A stretch of DNA of 64,000 bases from Planctomycetaceae bacterium. Its GTDB lineage: Bacteria > Planctomycetota > Planctomycetia > Pirellulales > Pirellulaceae. The translations under genes and the position numbers were made by a program. Numbering within the stretch: position 1 is the first letter of the stretch; each line of letters begins with the position of its first letter. Shown piece by piece: positions 1 to 10,447 of the stretch. Location of the stretch: contig JAJTFC010000007.1 in assembly GCA_021298315.1 (NCBI GenBank), positions 2,819 to 66,818 of the forward strand, written 5' to 3'. The notes under the pieces are model-generated. The model made no database searches and had not been told where the DNA came from. It saw only the letters and a list, made by a program, of their open reading frames with translations.

Positions 1-277
1 TGAGCAATTTCAGCCGCTCTTTTCGAGCCAGAGGCGAACCGGTATCAGCGATGTAGGTTCCTGCGGTGCGGCGTTTTTCAACGACTCCAGCGGACTCAAG
101 TTCGCGGTAGGCACGTGCGATCGTGTTTGGGTTGACCAACAACTGCTCGGCCAAAACACGAATCGAAGGAAGTTCTTCCCCAGGCTTGAGTCGACCCGAG
201 GCGACTAGGTACTTGATCTGCTGCATGACCTGCAGGTAGATCGGCACTCCACCTTGGGCTTGTATGTGAATCTGCAT
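1..277 (-). CDS. GntR (YtrA-subfamily-like) transcriptional regulator, 3' end outside the window
   Basis: Hand translation of the minus strand from ATG at 277: MQIHIQAQGGVPIYLQVMQQIKYLVASGRLKPGEELPSIRVLAEQLLVNPNTIARAYRELESAGVV..., a typical GntR winged-helix signature. Not in the ORF track because it runs off the edge. Confidence 0.9.
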   Translation of the reverse strand, partial: MQIHIQAQGGVPIYLQVMQQIKYLVASGRLKPGEELPSIRVLAEQLLVNPNTIARAYRELESAGVVEKRRTAGTYIADTGSPLARKERLKLL

Positions 278-295
278 CGGCGAACCCCTTTGTCT

Positions 296-326
296 CACTG
301 TGTTAATTGATTAATACAACACAGTG
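296..326. promoter_or_regulatory. Palindromic candidate operator for the adjacent GntR regulator
   Basis: Perfect 9-bp inverted repeat CACTGTGTT-N13(AT-rich)-AACACAGTG, 19 bp upstream of the GntR start codon. YtrA-type regulators are typically autoregulatory at long palindromes. Confidence 0.6.
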
Positions 327-353
327 GCAGCAAAGTCAAGTGGGAAAAAGGCT

Positions 354-790
354 TTAGGCGTTAGGCGTTAGGGGAACAGCCAAGAAGTCATAGCTAGGCG
401 GTTTGAAAAGAATTATTACCCCATCAAGATGATCGATTGCGCTGTGCCGTGTACGGTCACTGCCCGACGCTGGCGCTCGTCGGCTAACGGCAAAGCTTAT
501 CGCATTTTCTTGGGTCATCCATCAGCGTTCATGAGTGTCCATCAGCGGTCGGGTTTGGCGAAAGGGAGCCAAGCGGCGTTAGGCGTTAGGCGTTAGGCGT
601 TAGGGAAACAGCCAAAAAGCCAAAGCGCCAGGCGGCTAAAAAAGAACTATTACCCCGTCACGATCATCGATTGCGCTGTGCCGTGTACGGTCACTGCCCG
701 ACGCTGGCGCTCGTCGGCTAACGGCAAAGCTTATCGCATTTGCTTGGGCCATCCATCAGCGTTCATGAGTGTTCATCAGCGGTCGGTTTT
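354..790. repeat. Tandem duplication of a ~200-bp composite intergenic element (period ~235 bp), each copy starting with (TTAGGCG)n
   Basis: The block ATCGATTGCGCTGTGCCGTGTACGGTCACTGCCCGACGCTGGCGCTCGTCGGCTAACGGCAAAGCTTATCGCATTT occurs identically at ~432 and ~666. Both copies are preceded by TTAGGCG heptamers and followed by CCATCAGCGTTCATGAGTGTYCATCAGCGGTCGG. Confidence 0.9.
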
Positions 791-885
791 CTGGATGCCC
801 ACCAACCGCGAAAACCGCTAGAATTCCTCTATTGAAGTGGCCGAGCCACTGGATTGCTTATCGATTAAGGTGGGTGCAACTGGAC

Positions 886-1971
886 ATGGCGAGAAAGAAA
901 AAAGACAAATTCAAAAAGAGTTGGAAGCGACGATCCAAGCCGGGGGATGCCCCGGGCCAGATCTTAGTCGATCCAGCGGCTGTGCCGACGGTCGTTCGAG
1001 TCATTGCCCTGGGGAACGAATACCTTGAAAAAGAAATCGCTGATGTGCTCGAACTCGATTCGATCACCGCAACCTATCAGCGGGTTTGGGTCGATGTGGT
1101 TGGGCTCGGCAGCGAGTCGACGCTTCGAACGATCGCCAACATGTTCCATCTTCATCCACTGGTGATCGAAGATGTCGTGAATGTTCACCAGCGTGCCAAA
1201 GTCGAAGAGTTTGACGACGGTCTATTCGTTGTCGCTAGGATGGTCGACGGCGAAGATCCGACGGTGACCGAACAGCTCTCGATGTATTTGAAAGGGAACG
1301 TGCTGATCTCGTTCCAGGAACGCCCGGGTGATTGCTGGGAACCTTTGCGTCAACGCTTACGCCAGCGTCGCGGTAAAGTCGCGATCAATGACCTAGACTA
1401 TCTGCTGTACAGTCTGCTCGATGCGGTTGTCGATAGCTATTTTCCCGTGCTCGAACAACTGGTCGAACAAGTCGACACGCTCGAGCAAGACATTACCGAT
1501 CAAATCAGCACAGAGCAGATGTCTCGCATTCACGAATTGCGAGGCCGTTTGCTTGCCCTCCGGAGATCGATCCGACCGCATCGAGAGATGATCAACGAAT
1601 TGGTGAGAGATTCAATCCCGCAGATTCATCCCGAAACACGAGTCCATTTGCGGGATTGCTACGACCATGTCATCCAAGTTGTCGATGCAGTCGATACGTA
1701 TCGCGAAGTCACTTCAGACTTACGGGATTTTTACTTATCGAGTGTGAGCAACAGCATGAACGAGGTGATGAAGCTTCTGACGATCATCTCGACAATCTTC
1801 ATTCCGCTTTCGTTCGTCGCGGGTGTCTATGGAATGAACTTCGATCCGGAGGTTTCACCATGGAACATGCCAGAACTTAAATGGCGCTATGGATATCTAC
1901 TGTCACTAGCGATCATGGCCACGATGGCCGGAGGACTACTGGTCTACTTCCGGCGCCGCCGATGGATTTGA
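886..1971 (+). CDS. corA: Magnesium/cobalt transporter CorA
   Basis: C-terminal GVYGMNF and MPEL motifs with two TM helices, and a PG-x motif near the N-terminus. Start moved to the ATG of MARKKK because the upstream ORF part overlaps the repeat. Confidence 0.93.
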   Translation: MARKKKDKFKKSWKRRSKPGDAPGQILVDPAAVPTVVRVIALGNEYLEKEIADVLELDSITATYQRVWVDVVGLGSESTLRTIANMFHLHPLVIEDVVNVHQRAKVEEFDDGLFVVARMVDGEDPTVTEQLSMYLKGNVLISFQERPGDCWEPLRQRLRQRRGKVAINDLDYLLYSLLDAVVDSYFPVLEQLVEQVDTLEQDITDQISTEQMSRIHELRGRLLALRRSIRPHREMINELVRDSIPQIHPETRVHLRDCYDHVIQVVDAVDTYREVTSDLRDFYLSSVSNSMNEVMKLLTIISTIFIPLSFVAGVYGMNFDPEVSPWNMPELKWRYGYLLSLAIMATMAGGLLVYFRRRRWI

Positions 1972-3807
1972 GAGAGACTCAAGCCTGCGGATGCGTATCC
2001 GATTGCCGGCTGCTTGGGCAGACGCATCGAATTTGTATTGCTCGATTGCTTCTGCAAGATTCCCGAGAGATTCAAGATTTCTGCCGAGCAAATAATGAGC
2101 ATGGGCGTGCCATCGTTCGGTCCCACGCACAGGCAGGAGTCTTTTGGCAAGCCAATCGCTGGCTGTTTCCGGTTTGCCCAGATCCATGTTGGCCATCGCC
2201 AGGAATGCGACGATATCGAATTTAGACTGCCGCAAGTAATTGCCCATGATGTTCAGTCGGAATTGGTAGTTGTCCATACTCTCATTGGGACGCTTGACCA
2301 CACCAAAGGACTTTTGCAGTTCGCCGTCGTACTGGAGCTCACGAAGAGTTTCCTCATCGATGCGGCAATCCATGTACATCCGCAGAGCACCAGGGGCATC
2401 GATGGTTGTTTCGAGTTGTCCTTTAAAGTGCAAAACGCGAGCACGGCTCATGGGGGTATCGGTTACATAGCTACCGAAACGCTCTAAATAAGCCATCGCA
2501 AACGGGGACATATCATCCAGACGAGTTCGGATCGAAAGGTTGTACACGTGGGAGAGCCACGGCACATTCCAGAGCCTGACCGAGACCTTCGGGTCGATCG
2601 CCTGAAGTCTGGCTTCGAAACGATCGGCATCGAAGCTCAGTCGTTGTCTGTTTTCACCCGTTAAAGAACGCTCCAGGACATGCATCGAGCGCCCTACGGC
2701 AAATGGTTCGACGTCCACCAAGGCGATTACGTCTGTTAAATCCTTCGACTCGATAGGATACTCGAATCGCCCAGGGAGCTTGGCTCGACGCAGAACAGTC
2801 GGGTCGCTCTTGGCCTCCGAGAGCGTTGCGATACCATCACCATTGGCTGCCGGTATAGGTAGCCCCCAATTGGGTTCGAACAAATAGATTTCGTTGCCGA
2901 TAGGAATCCCGACGCACCACAACCGCAGGGCGGCGTTTTCGGTGGCACCGGTGATGCTCGGCAGGGCCAAAACGACCGCATCGATTCCTTGGACGAAACA
3001 CATTTGGGTAAAGACCCGAGCGCGTTGCCAAGCCTCCCCTCGAGCGAACATCAGGGTTTGCCAAGGCAACTGACGGTAGATGGGAGCTTGGTCGCTCGGC
3101 GGCATATCGGGATTGACCACGAGGCTCTCGGCGATCTTAGGATCACCTTCGGTGGCTATGTTGCAAACAGTCCAGTCGAAGAGCTTGAGGGTGGATTCAA
3201 GTTTCGACCATTCGTCGGCTGGCAAATTGCTCTTGCTCGCTTCAAGCCACTTGACGAAGAGTTTGTCTCGATAGGGTTTGTCGATAACCCATTGGGAAAC
3301 CTGCTTGAGCATCTGGCATTGCATCATGTACTCGCATTCGGGCTCAGCGAATTCGAGCTTGGTCATTCTTTGGGCAAAATCGATCGTTCGGAGACTTGCT
3401 GGAATCGACTCCAGAAGCGACGATGGTTTCCAATCTGGTGGAGCCGTTACGCTCGATGACCAAGAGTTCAATTGGTAGTTGATTTCCTGTACCGCCACAG
3501 TTCGATCCATCCGGATCAATTGGGGCAAGTACTGGAAGGCGTCTTTGAGCGAATCTCGTTTCTCTTTCTTTTCGACCGATTCACTTTGGATGCCTTCGAC
3601 GAGCCTCTGGGCTGGATCGACGCAACCGACAGTTCCCAAGCTAGCGGTTATTGCGATCCAAACGAGGACCCAAACGCAGTGGCGCTGTGCTTGGACGCCG
3701 TGGCGCTGGGCTAGTAGGAACAGACTCGTAGTGTCGCGGGATATTTTCGGCATTAGAAGAAAGAGCATCGCAGGATCAAACAGGGTTAAATGCTCTACGC
3801 ATGCCAA
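1936..3807 (-). CDS. Hypothetical exported protein or lipoprotein with a degenerate transglutaminase-like core and a C-terminal TPR
   Basis: 623-aa ORF with a hydrophobic stretch ending in ..LGTVGC (possible lipobox) and a TPR-like [22 protein letters not shown]. The true start is probably downstream of 3807. Confidence 0.65.
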   Translation of the reverse strand: MACVEHLTLFDPAMLFLLMPKISRDTTSLFLLAQRHGVQAQRHCVWVLVWIAITASLGTVGCVDPAQRLVEGIQSESVEKKEKRDSLKDAFQYLPQLIRMDRTVAVQEINYQLNSWSSSVTAPPDWKPSSLLESIPASLRTIDFAQRMTKLEFAEPECEYMMQCQMLKQVSQWVIDKPYRDKLFVKWLEASKSNLPADEWSKLESTLKLFDWTVCNIATEGDPKIAESLVVNPDMPPSDQAPIYRQLPWQTLMFARGEAWQRARVFTQMCFVQGIDAVVLALPSITGATENAALRLWCVGIPIGNEIYLFEPNWGLPIPAANGDGIATLSEAKSDPTVLRRAKLPGRFEYPIESKDLTDVIALVDVEPFAVGRSMHVLERSLTGENRQRLSFDADRFEARLQAIDPKVSVRLWNVPWLSHVYNLSIRTRLDDMSPFAMAYLERFGSYVTDTPMSRARVLHFKGQLETTIDAPGALRMYMDCRIDEETLRELQYDGELQKSFGVVKRPNESMDNYQFRLNIMGNYLRQSKFDIVAFLAMANMDLGKPETASDWLAKRLLPVRGTERWHAHAHYLLGRNLESLGNLAEAIEQYKFDASAQAAGNRIRIRRLESLSNPSAAPEVDQ

Positions 3808-4628
3808 GGGCGCGTGGTTCGCCAGAGGGTGTGAACTCGGCTCAAAACCCCAGGAAAATCCTCAAGCGGAACCATATTTGGCCCATCACTGGGGCTGCGA
3901 TCTGGATCTGGATGGGTCTCGAAGAAGAAACCGTCAACCCCGACTCCAGCAGCAGCCCTTGCCAGCGGTTCTACCATCGCTCGATTCCCGCCGGTTGCCC
4001 CACCTAACCCTCCAGGTTGCTGAACCGAATGGGTCGCATCAAAGATGACCGGTACGCCAAGGCCTCTCATCACGGGCAGACCGCTCATGTCGCTCACGAG
4101 CCGACCGTAGCCGAAGAATGTACCTCGTTCGCACAGAAGCACTCCCCCGTTGCCCGCACTGCGAGTCTTATCGACGACATACTTCATGTCACCTGGTGCC
4201 ATGAACTGACCTTTTTTGACATTCAATGGCTTTTTGGTCGCAGCGCAAGCGACCAAAAGATCGGTTTGTCTTGCTAGGAACGCAGGGATCTGGAGCAAGT
4301 CGCAAACCTCGGCCACTGCCGATGCTTGCTCAGGTAAATGCACATCGGTCGTTACAGGGATCCCAAGTCTCTGGCGAACTTTGGATAAAACCTCGAGCCC
4401 CTGGTCGATTCCCGGTCCGCGAAAACTCGCTCCGCTGGTTCGATTGGCTTTATCAAACGATGCCTTGAAGACATAGCCGATATTGAGTTCTTGGCAAGTT
4501 TTCAACACATGCTCGGCGATTTGCAGGCATGATTCCAGCGATTCGATCACGCACGGGCCAGCGATGAGGGTCATCGAATCGGGAGTGCCGCATTGGATGT
4601 TCCCAATAGGAACTGGTGTGATCTTCAT
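3795..4628 (-). CDS. kdsA: 3-deoxy-8-phosphooctulonate (KDO-8-P) synthase
   Basis: Motifs [54 protein letters not shown]. The ATG at 4628 overlaps the stop of the upstream dehydrogenase. Confidence 0.95.
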   Translation of the reverse strand: MKITPVPIGNIQCGTPDSMTLIAGPCVIESLESCLQIAEHVLKTCQELNIGYVFKASFDKANRTSGASFRGPGIDQGLEVLSKVRQRLGIPVTTDVHLPEQASAVAEVCDLLQIPAFLARQTDLLVACAATKKPLNVKKGQFMAPGDMKYVVDKTRSAGNGGVLLCERGTFFGYGRLVSDMSGLPVMRGLGVPVIFDATHSVQQPGGLGGATGGNRAMVEPLARAAAGVGVDGFFFETHPDPDRSPSDGPNMVPLEDFPGVLSRVHTLWRTTRPWHA

Positions 4629-5866
4629 TACACAAACCAACCGGCGAGTTCCGAGGCTCGTTTGACGCGTTGGATCGCAAGCATGAATGCGGCTGTCCTG
4701 AGCGAAACTTTTTTGCTGACGGACTCTTGCCAAACGCTTTCGAAGGCTTCCGACAGTGTGCGATCGAGTTCTTGGCGAACTCGGTCGAGCGTCCATTTGT
4801 AGTGCTGTCGATTCTGGGCCCATTCGAAATAGCTGACCGTCACACCACCGGCATTGGCCAAGATATCCGGCAGCACCAACACCTTGCGCTCATTGAGCTT
4901 GGCATCGGCCTGGGGGTCAATCGGCCCGTTGGCACCTTCGATGATCAAGCTGGCTTTGATCTGATCGACGTTCTTAGCAGTGATGACATCTCCCAGGGCA
5001 GCCGGGATCAGCAAATCGGCATCCAAGCCTAGCAGTTCGTCGGGTTCGATTCGCTCGGCCCCTTTGTAACCTGTGAGCATGCCTTGGTTTTTGATCGTAT
5101 AGGTGAGCATCTCTGGGATGTTGAGACCTTTGGGGTTTACATAAGCACCCGTCACATCGCTCACTGCGATGATTGGAAAAGCCGACTCGAAGAGATATTT
5201 CGCCGCATGCGAACCTACGTTGCCAAAGCCTTGGATGGCCGTTCGGGTATTCTCAGGCTTACGATTCAATCGCTTGAGCATTTTCACAGCCAGGGTGCCC
5301 ACACCTCGGCCCGTGGCTTCTTCGCGACCACGCGATCCGTATTCCTCGACGGGTTTGCCGGTGATGACTGCCGGATTGAAACCGTGATACTTTTCCCATT
5401 GATTTCGGAACCAAGCCATGACTTCGTGGTTGGTTCCCATATCGGGGGCGGGGATGTCCGAATCGGGGCCGACGATTTCGTGGATCTGATCGACAAAGGC
5501 TCGCGTGATGCGCTCGAGTTCGCGTTTCGAAAGGGTACGTGGATCGATCCCGATTCCACCTTTGGCACCCCCATAAGGCAGATCGACAACGGCTGTCTTC
5601 CAGGTCATCAAGGAAGCAAGTGCGCGAACCTCATCGAGATCTACGGCGGGGTGGTAACGAATCCCACCTTTCATCGGTCCGCGCGCATTGTCGTGTTGGA
5701 CTCGATATCCCAGCACCGTTTCGATCATTCCGTTATCGCGTTCGAAAGCGACCTGAACCGTCACTTCCCGTTTGGGGGTGACCAAGAGTTTTCGCATCCA
5801 ATCCGGGAGTTCTAAATGATCGGCTGCTTGGTTGAAATACAGGTTGGTCGACTCGCTAGGACGCAT
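4628..5866 (-). CDS. Glu/Leu/Phe/Val dehydrogenase (glutamate dehydrogenase)
   Basis: Motifs [31 protein letters not shown] (Rossmann fold), [18 protein letters not shown]. Confidence 0.93.
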   Translation of the reverse strand: MRPSESTNLYFNQAADHLELPDWMRKLLVTPKREVTVQVAFERDNGMIETVLGYRVQHDNARGPMKGGIRYHPAVDLDEVRALASLMTWKTAVVDLPYGGAKGGIGIDPRTLSKRELERITRAFVDQIHEIVGPDSDIPAPDMGTNHEVMAWFRNQWEKYHGFNPAVITGKPVEEYGSRGREEATGRGVGTLAVKMLKRLNRKPENTRTAIQGFGNVGSHAAKYLFESAFPIIAVSDVTGAYVNPKGLNIPEMLTYTIKNQGMLTGYKGAERIEPDELLGLDADLLIPAALGDVITAKNVDQIKASLIIEGANGPIDPQADAKLNERKVLVLPDILANAGGVTVSYFEWAQNRQHYKWTLDRVRQELDRTLSEAFESVWQESVSKKVSLRTAAFMLAIQRVKRASELAGWFV

Positions 5867-5904
5867 CGCCGTGGGCCTTTTTTGAGAGAATTAAAGTATT
5901 CAAG

Positions 5905-6672
5905 TTATTTCTTCACAGAGCTTGCCGCCTGCACGATTCCTAGGAAAGAATCCTGTTTGAGCGAAGCTCCACCGACCAAGGCACCGTCGATGTTGGGTTC
6001 CGAAAGGAGTTCCAACGCATTGTCTGCCTTGACACTTCCGCCGTAGAGAATGATTACTTTCTGGGAAGTCTCACTTGAAAATAGACTACCGAGGAGCTCT
6101 CGGATGTCCTTGTGAACCTCTTCGGCTTGAGCCGGCGTGGCCGTTTTACCAGTTCCGATAGCCCAAACCGGTTCGTAGGCAACTACGGTCTTGAGCATCT
6201 GCTCATGACTCAGGCCCGCAAGTGAGCCTTTGCACTGCGACTCGACGACCTGCTGAGTCTTTCCGGCTTCGCGCTCTTGGAGTGTTTCCCCGACGCATAC
6301 GATCGGCGTAAGACCTGCGGCTAAAACCGCATGGAGTTTCTCGTTGACCATTAGGTCTGTCTCGCCGAAGATCGCTCGGCGCTCGCTGTGTCCGAGGATC
6401 ACATATTGGCAGCCGACATCTTTGAGCATTCCGCAACTGACTTCACCGGTGTAAGCACCTTCGGGTTGGTTGTAGGCATTCTGAGCTCCAAGGCCGATGT
6501 TGCTCCCATGGAGCGCCTTGCCCAATTCCCCCAGATACACAGACGGTGGGCACACAGCCACATCGACATTGGACGTATTTCGCAGGGATTCAACCAATCC
6601 TTGAACTAAAGATAGCGAACGTCCACGATCGAGATTCATTTTCCAATTACCAGCAATAAGTAGCCTTCTCAC
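5905..6672 (-). CDS. tpiA: Triosephosphate isomerase
   Basis: Motifs IAGNWKMN, GHSERR, AYEPVWAIGTG, YGGSV, LVGGASL. GTG start at 6672. Confidence 0.97.
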   Translation of the reverse strand: MRRLLIAGNWKMNLDRGRSLSLVQGLVESLRNTSNVDVAVCPPSVYLGELGKALHGSNIGLGAQNAYNQPEGAYTGEVSCGMLKDVGCQYVILGHSERRAIFGETDLMVNEKLHAVLAAGLTPIVCVGETLQEREAGKTQQVVESQCKGSLAGLSHEQMLKTVVAYEPVWAIGTGKTATPAQAEEVHKDIRELLGSLFSSETSQKVIILYGGSVKADNALELLSEPNIDGALVGGASLKQDSFLGIVQAASSVKK

Positions 6673-6875
6673 TCCCAAGGATCCTTTGCAAAAGCGGATG
6701 AAGTTTGCGATTCGAGAAAGCAAGATTATCGAGATTGATCTGGAATTCACCAGGGGAGACTTGCTAGTGTTGCGATGCAATAAGTCCGTCGGCAGGGGAG
6801 TTTTCAGGGTAAATCCACTGGAAAAAATCGGCGTTTTACGGTTTTTCAGTCGCTGGTTTGAAGCATCGGTTTTGT

Positions 6876-7736
6876 ATGAGAAAAATTGCCGTCATCAATC
6901 AAAAAGGTGGGGTTGGTAAAACGACTACTGCAGTGAACCTTGCCGCAGGCATCGCCTCGTGCGGTCATCGAGTATGCGTCTTGGACTTGGATCCCCAAGC
7001 CCATGCGACCTTGCATTTAGGTGTAACGCTCAAGCACGGCGAGCCGAGTGTCTACGATGTGCTTTGCAACGACATGGGGCTTGGGCAAGTCCGCCGCAAG
7101 GTTCATGAGAATCTTCATGTGATCCCCTCGCACTTGGACTTGGCCGCAGCCGAGATGGAATTAGCTTCGGAGGTCGGGCGCGAGGTAATTCTCCGCGATC
7201 GACTTGAAATCGAGACCGAGCCCTTTGAATTTTTGATCTTGGATTGTCCACCATCGCTCGGGGTTCTTACGCTCAATGCGCTCACGGCCGTCGACGAAGT
7301 CATCCTGCCGATGCAACCGCACTTCTTGGCTCTCCATGGTCTCAGCAAGCTGCTTCGCACTATCGAGATTGTTTCCAAGAGGCTCAATCCCGCTTTGCGG
7401 CTCGAAGGAATTGTGCTTTGCATGTACGAATCAGGCACACGGCTAGCTGTCGAAGTCAGCAACGACATCGAAGAGTTCCTCAAAGCTAGTGCGACACAAA
7501 GTCCCGTATGGGCATCGGCGAAATTCTTTCAGACCAAGATTCGAAGAAACATCCGTTTGGCGGAAGCACCAAGTTTTGGACAATCGATTTTCGATTATGC
7601 CCCCACGAGCAACGGTGCCGAAGACTACCTAGCACTTGCTGGCGAAGTCCTAAATCCTTCGCTCTCAGGAGTCTGTTCGGATCTGCCTAGTATGCCTCTT
7701 ACCCAATCAGCACCTATCGCAATGTCTGCTCCATGA
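6876..7736 (+). CDS. ParA/Soj family ATPase
   Basis: Deviant Walker A NQKGGVGKTT, plus DLDPQ, DCPPSLG and LAEAPSFG. No adjacent parB. Confidence 0.92.
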   Translation: MRKIAVINQKGGVGKTTTAVNLAAGIASCGHRVCVLDLDPQAHATLHLGVTLKHGEPSVYDVLCNDMGLGQVRRKVHENLHVIPSHLDLAAAEMELASEVGREVILRDRLEIETEPFEFLILDCPPSLGVLTLNALTAVDEVILPMQPHFLALHGLSKLLRTIEIVSKRLNPALRLEGIVLCMYESGTRLAVEVSNDIEEFLKASATQSPVWASAKFFQTKIRRNIRLAEAPSFGQSIFDYAPTSNGAEDYLALAGEVLNPSLSGVCSDLPSMPLTQSAPIAMSAP

Positions 7737-9109
7737 GGTTCATGATGAGTATGTCGATGATCAATCGCAAGCCTTTGAAAGTCGTTGCAATCCTTTTTGC
7801 GTTGCTCTGCATGAGTATCGCTGGTTGCCAGAACTGGTGGAGTCGTCCGAATTCCCAATCGCTCTTGGGGTTTGCAAACGAAGGTCGCTCTCGGGAAGAC
7901 GACTGGGAACACCCCAGCAATCCGACCGATCGAGACACCAAAATTGCACCCGCATACCAATCTCCATCGATCAATTCTCGCAGCAGTGCCAAACCGGAAA
8001 AGCCCTCGCGCGTGACTCTTCCACGCGACCGGCAAAAGGATTCGTTGGCAAAAACTCCCAGCCCCGATTTAGCGACTCTTCCTACAGCGAGAACAGCACC
8101 AGGAAGCTTGGCTGCTACCTCAACAACCTTGCCAACGGTCGTGGCGAATGCTCCTGCAAACGATCCGACCCCTCCAATGCCCCCTGAGGACAAGTCCTCG
8201 AACGTCGTCCAAGCATCTGCGAGTGAAACCCCAGCCCCTAAACCCGATGGGATTAGGGACTCTGGGCAGACCGATGTCGACATCGAAGGAGCATTGTCCG
8301 CACTTCCGTCGGAGTACCAGTCGACTTTGCGCAAGAGAATCACTGGCGAGACGAACACCGAATCGGACAACAAAGCGATTGAGATTGATCCAAAAGATCC
8401 GACTCGATGGACACACGAATTGAATCAATCGGTCGTCGCCTTGGAGAAACTGCTCGAAGCCTCCACGGACATGGAGCCAGCCCTGCGAATGCATCATGAG
8501 ATGACACTCCGAGTTTTGTACTTGGCTCAGCGTAATTTAGAAGCGGCCAAACGTCCGATTCCTGGAGCCAGCGACAAGGAACAAGAGTACCTGGAGCATC
8601 AACTGAGCGCTTTGTACCTAGCAACCAGTCCGGATCCGAATCCCAGTCGGCCAAGGCATTGGGCTCAAGTTGCTTCCGAGCAAAAACTCGCCGATCGCCA
8701 CCTCGGGGCTTTGAGCAACCTGCAGCTCAGTCCCCCTGTCTTCTGCACTCAAGTCGATGGTTATGGCCAAGCCCGCAAGTTCGACAAAGACTGCTTTACG
8801 GCCGATCAGCAAGTCCTGCTCTACTGCGAGCTCGATAACGTCACGAGTCAGAAGGTTCGAGAAGGATTTGAAACCAAAGTTCGAGGTACCTACGAGATTC
8901 GCGATGCCCAGGGCAAGCGTCTGGTTGAACAATCGCTGCCGATGGAACCCGACATATCGAGTAGCCAACGCCGAGACTTTTTCTTGGTTTACATGATCTA
9001 TATGCCCGCAAGCATCGCGCCTGGGAAATACGAATTGATCCTCACGATGGAGGATCTATGCGGCAATAAATTCGGAAGTTCAAAAACCGAATTTGAGATC
9101 AAAAAATAG
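7733..9109 (+). CDS. Hypothetical lipoprotein
   Basis: Lipobox SIAGC after a hydrophobic signal, a long P/S/T-rich linker and a beta-rich C-terminal domain. Overlaps the parA stop (ATGA), though the start may be a few codons later. Confidence 0.7.
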   Translation: MRFMMSMSMINRKPLKVVAILFALLCMSIAGCQNWWSRPNSQSLLGFANEGRSREDDWEHPSNPTDRDTKIAPAYQSPSINSRSSAKPEKPSRVTLPRDRQKDSLAKTPSPDLATLPTARTAPGSLAATSTTLPTVVANAPANDPTPPMPPEDKSSNVVQASASETPAPKPDGIRDSGQTDVDIEGALSALPSEYQSTLRKRITGETNTESDNKAIEIDPKDPTRWTHELNQSVVALEKLLEASTDMEPALRMHHEMTLRVLYLAQRNLEAAKRPIPGASDKEQEYLEHQLSALYLATSPDPNPSRPRHWAQVASEQKLADRHLGALSNLQLSPPVFCTQVDGYGQARKFDKDCFTADQQVLLYCELDNVTSQKVREGFETKVRGTYEIRDAQGKRLVEQSLPMEPDISSSQRRDFFLVYMIYMPASIAPGKYELILTMEDLCGNKFGSSKTEFEIKK

Positions 9110-9204
9110 CGACTTTCGACGGGGCAACCACTATACTTAGCTCTTAGTCCCCTCAAGTAGTGGGGCAATCGCTTCGTTGTCTTTGGATCTAAGGAGCCTG
9201 TGCG

Positions 9205-10425
9205 ATGGCTTCGTCACTCTCTATGCGATCGTTTACCGCGAGTTTCGCAGCAACTTGGTTGCTGCTAGCTGTCTTTGTATCGGGTTTTGGATCAGGCCCT
9301 ATGCAAAGTATCGCAAGGGCTTGTCCACAAGATGCGGACAAAGAACCTGCGGACAAGCTGGATAAAGCGGTTCGCAAGATCCACGACGACTTCAAGGAGT
9401 ATCTGGAGCAAAAGAAAAGGCTCGTCGAGTCCTACGAGGCATTGCAAGCTTCGATCAAACAATCCGAGGCAGATTGGAGTCGGATTCAAAACGAAGGAGT
9501 CATCAAGCAGTTCTCTGCGATCCAGTCGGCCATGAACTCGATGCAACTTTCTAACACGATCGGAAGCATCGGATCGGCACCTGGAGGGAATAACAACCCA
9601 AACGATTTTGCGATGCGTCAGCAACTCCAGCAACAACTTGCGGTCAATCGGATGATGGAGAACATGAATGCCTTTATGCGCAGCCAAGAGTTGCAGCAAC
9701 TCGGGGTCGAAGCCCAACGGACGATCCGAGCACGATTCGAAACGATTCAAAAAGTCATGAAGGTTGAGGAGGACTATCGCCAATGGCAAGCCGGCGGCAA
9801 TCGCTTCTTCGAAAAGTATTGGAAATTCACCGACCCGCAGAAAGAGTTTTCGACCCAGGAGTATCAAGTCGCATTGGCTGCGCTTCAAGATCGCGACAAG
9901 GACAATCTTCCGGCGCAGCTTGCCGAAGCACTGTTGCTGACCAATAAAGGGGATTACTCGCAGGCCAGTATGGACAAGGATCGGGATTCAAAGCTTTCTA
10001 TGCAAAACTCGATCAAAATCGATCGTACCAATCCTTACTGCCGCTGGCTTCGCGCCAGACTGGCTTGCAAGCAGGATCAGATCAGCATCGCTGAGACCGA
10101 ATGGAAGGCCTTGACGACCGTCCCAGCCATGCAGCTTGATGCCAAGCGGGCTTTGGCACTACTCTATGCGCAGAGAGTTTCAAAGACTCCTAGCAATGCC
10201 GGTCGAGCCGTGACACTCGCAAGCGAAGCTCACGAGAAGCAATCCCCTCCAACTTGGTACTCCCATTACGTCCTGGCCGTGAGTTTAAACACAGCCAAGA
10301 AAAAGGACGAAGCGATCAAGCACATCGAGTCGGCTAAGGAGCTTGCTAGCCAAGAGCAGCAGGAAAAGTGCGATAAGCTCAAAGAGGCCATCGAACAAGA
10401 CCAGCCTTTTGAGATCAAACTCTGA
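9205..10425 (+). CDS. Hypothetical exported helical/TPR-like protein
   Basis: 406-aa ORF with a signal-like N-terminus, a coiled-coil Q-rich region and TPR-like C-terminal helices. Confidence 0.65.
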   Translation: MASSLSMRSFTASFAATWLLLAVFVSGFGSGPMQSIARACPQDADKEPADKLDKAVRKIHDDFKEYLEQKKRLVESYEALQASIKQSEADWSRIQNEGVIKQFSAIQSAMNSMQLSNTIGSIGSAPGGNNNPNDFAMRQQLQQQLAVNRMMENMNAFMRSQELQQLGVEAQRTIRARFETIQKVMKVEEDYRQWQAGGNRFFEKYWKFTDPQKEFSTQEYQVALAALQDRDKDNLPAQLAEALLLTNKGDYSQASMDKDRDSKLSMQNSIKIDRTNPYCRWLRARLACKQDQISIAETEWKALTTVPAMQLDAKRALALLYAQRVSKTPSNAGRAVTLASEAHEKQSPPTWYSHYVLAVSLNTAKKKDEAIKHIESAKELASQEQQEKCDKLKEAIEQDQPFEIKL

Positions 10426-10447
10426 TCTCCCGAGCCTAGCTCAATCG

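Noticed and set aside
9940-10000. Possible in-frame deletion in the TPR-like gene (abrupt GDYSQASMDKDRDS junction)
   Set aside because: It cannot be supported without homolog alignment, and the frame is intact.
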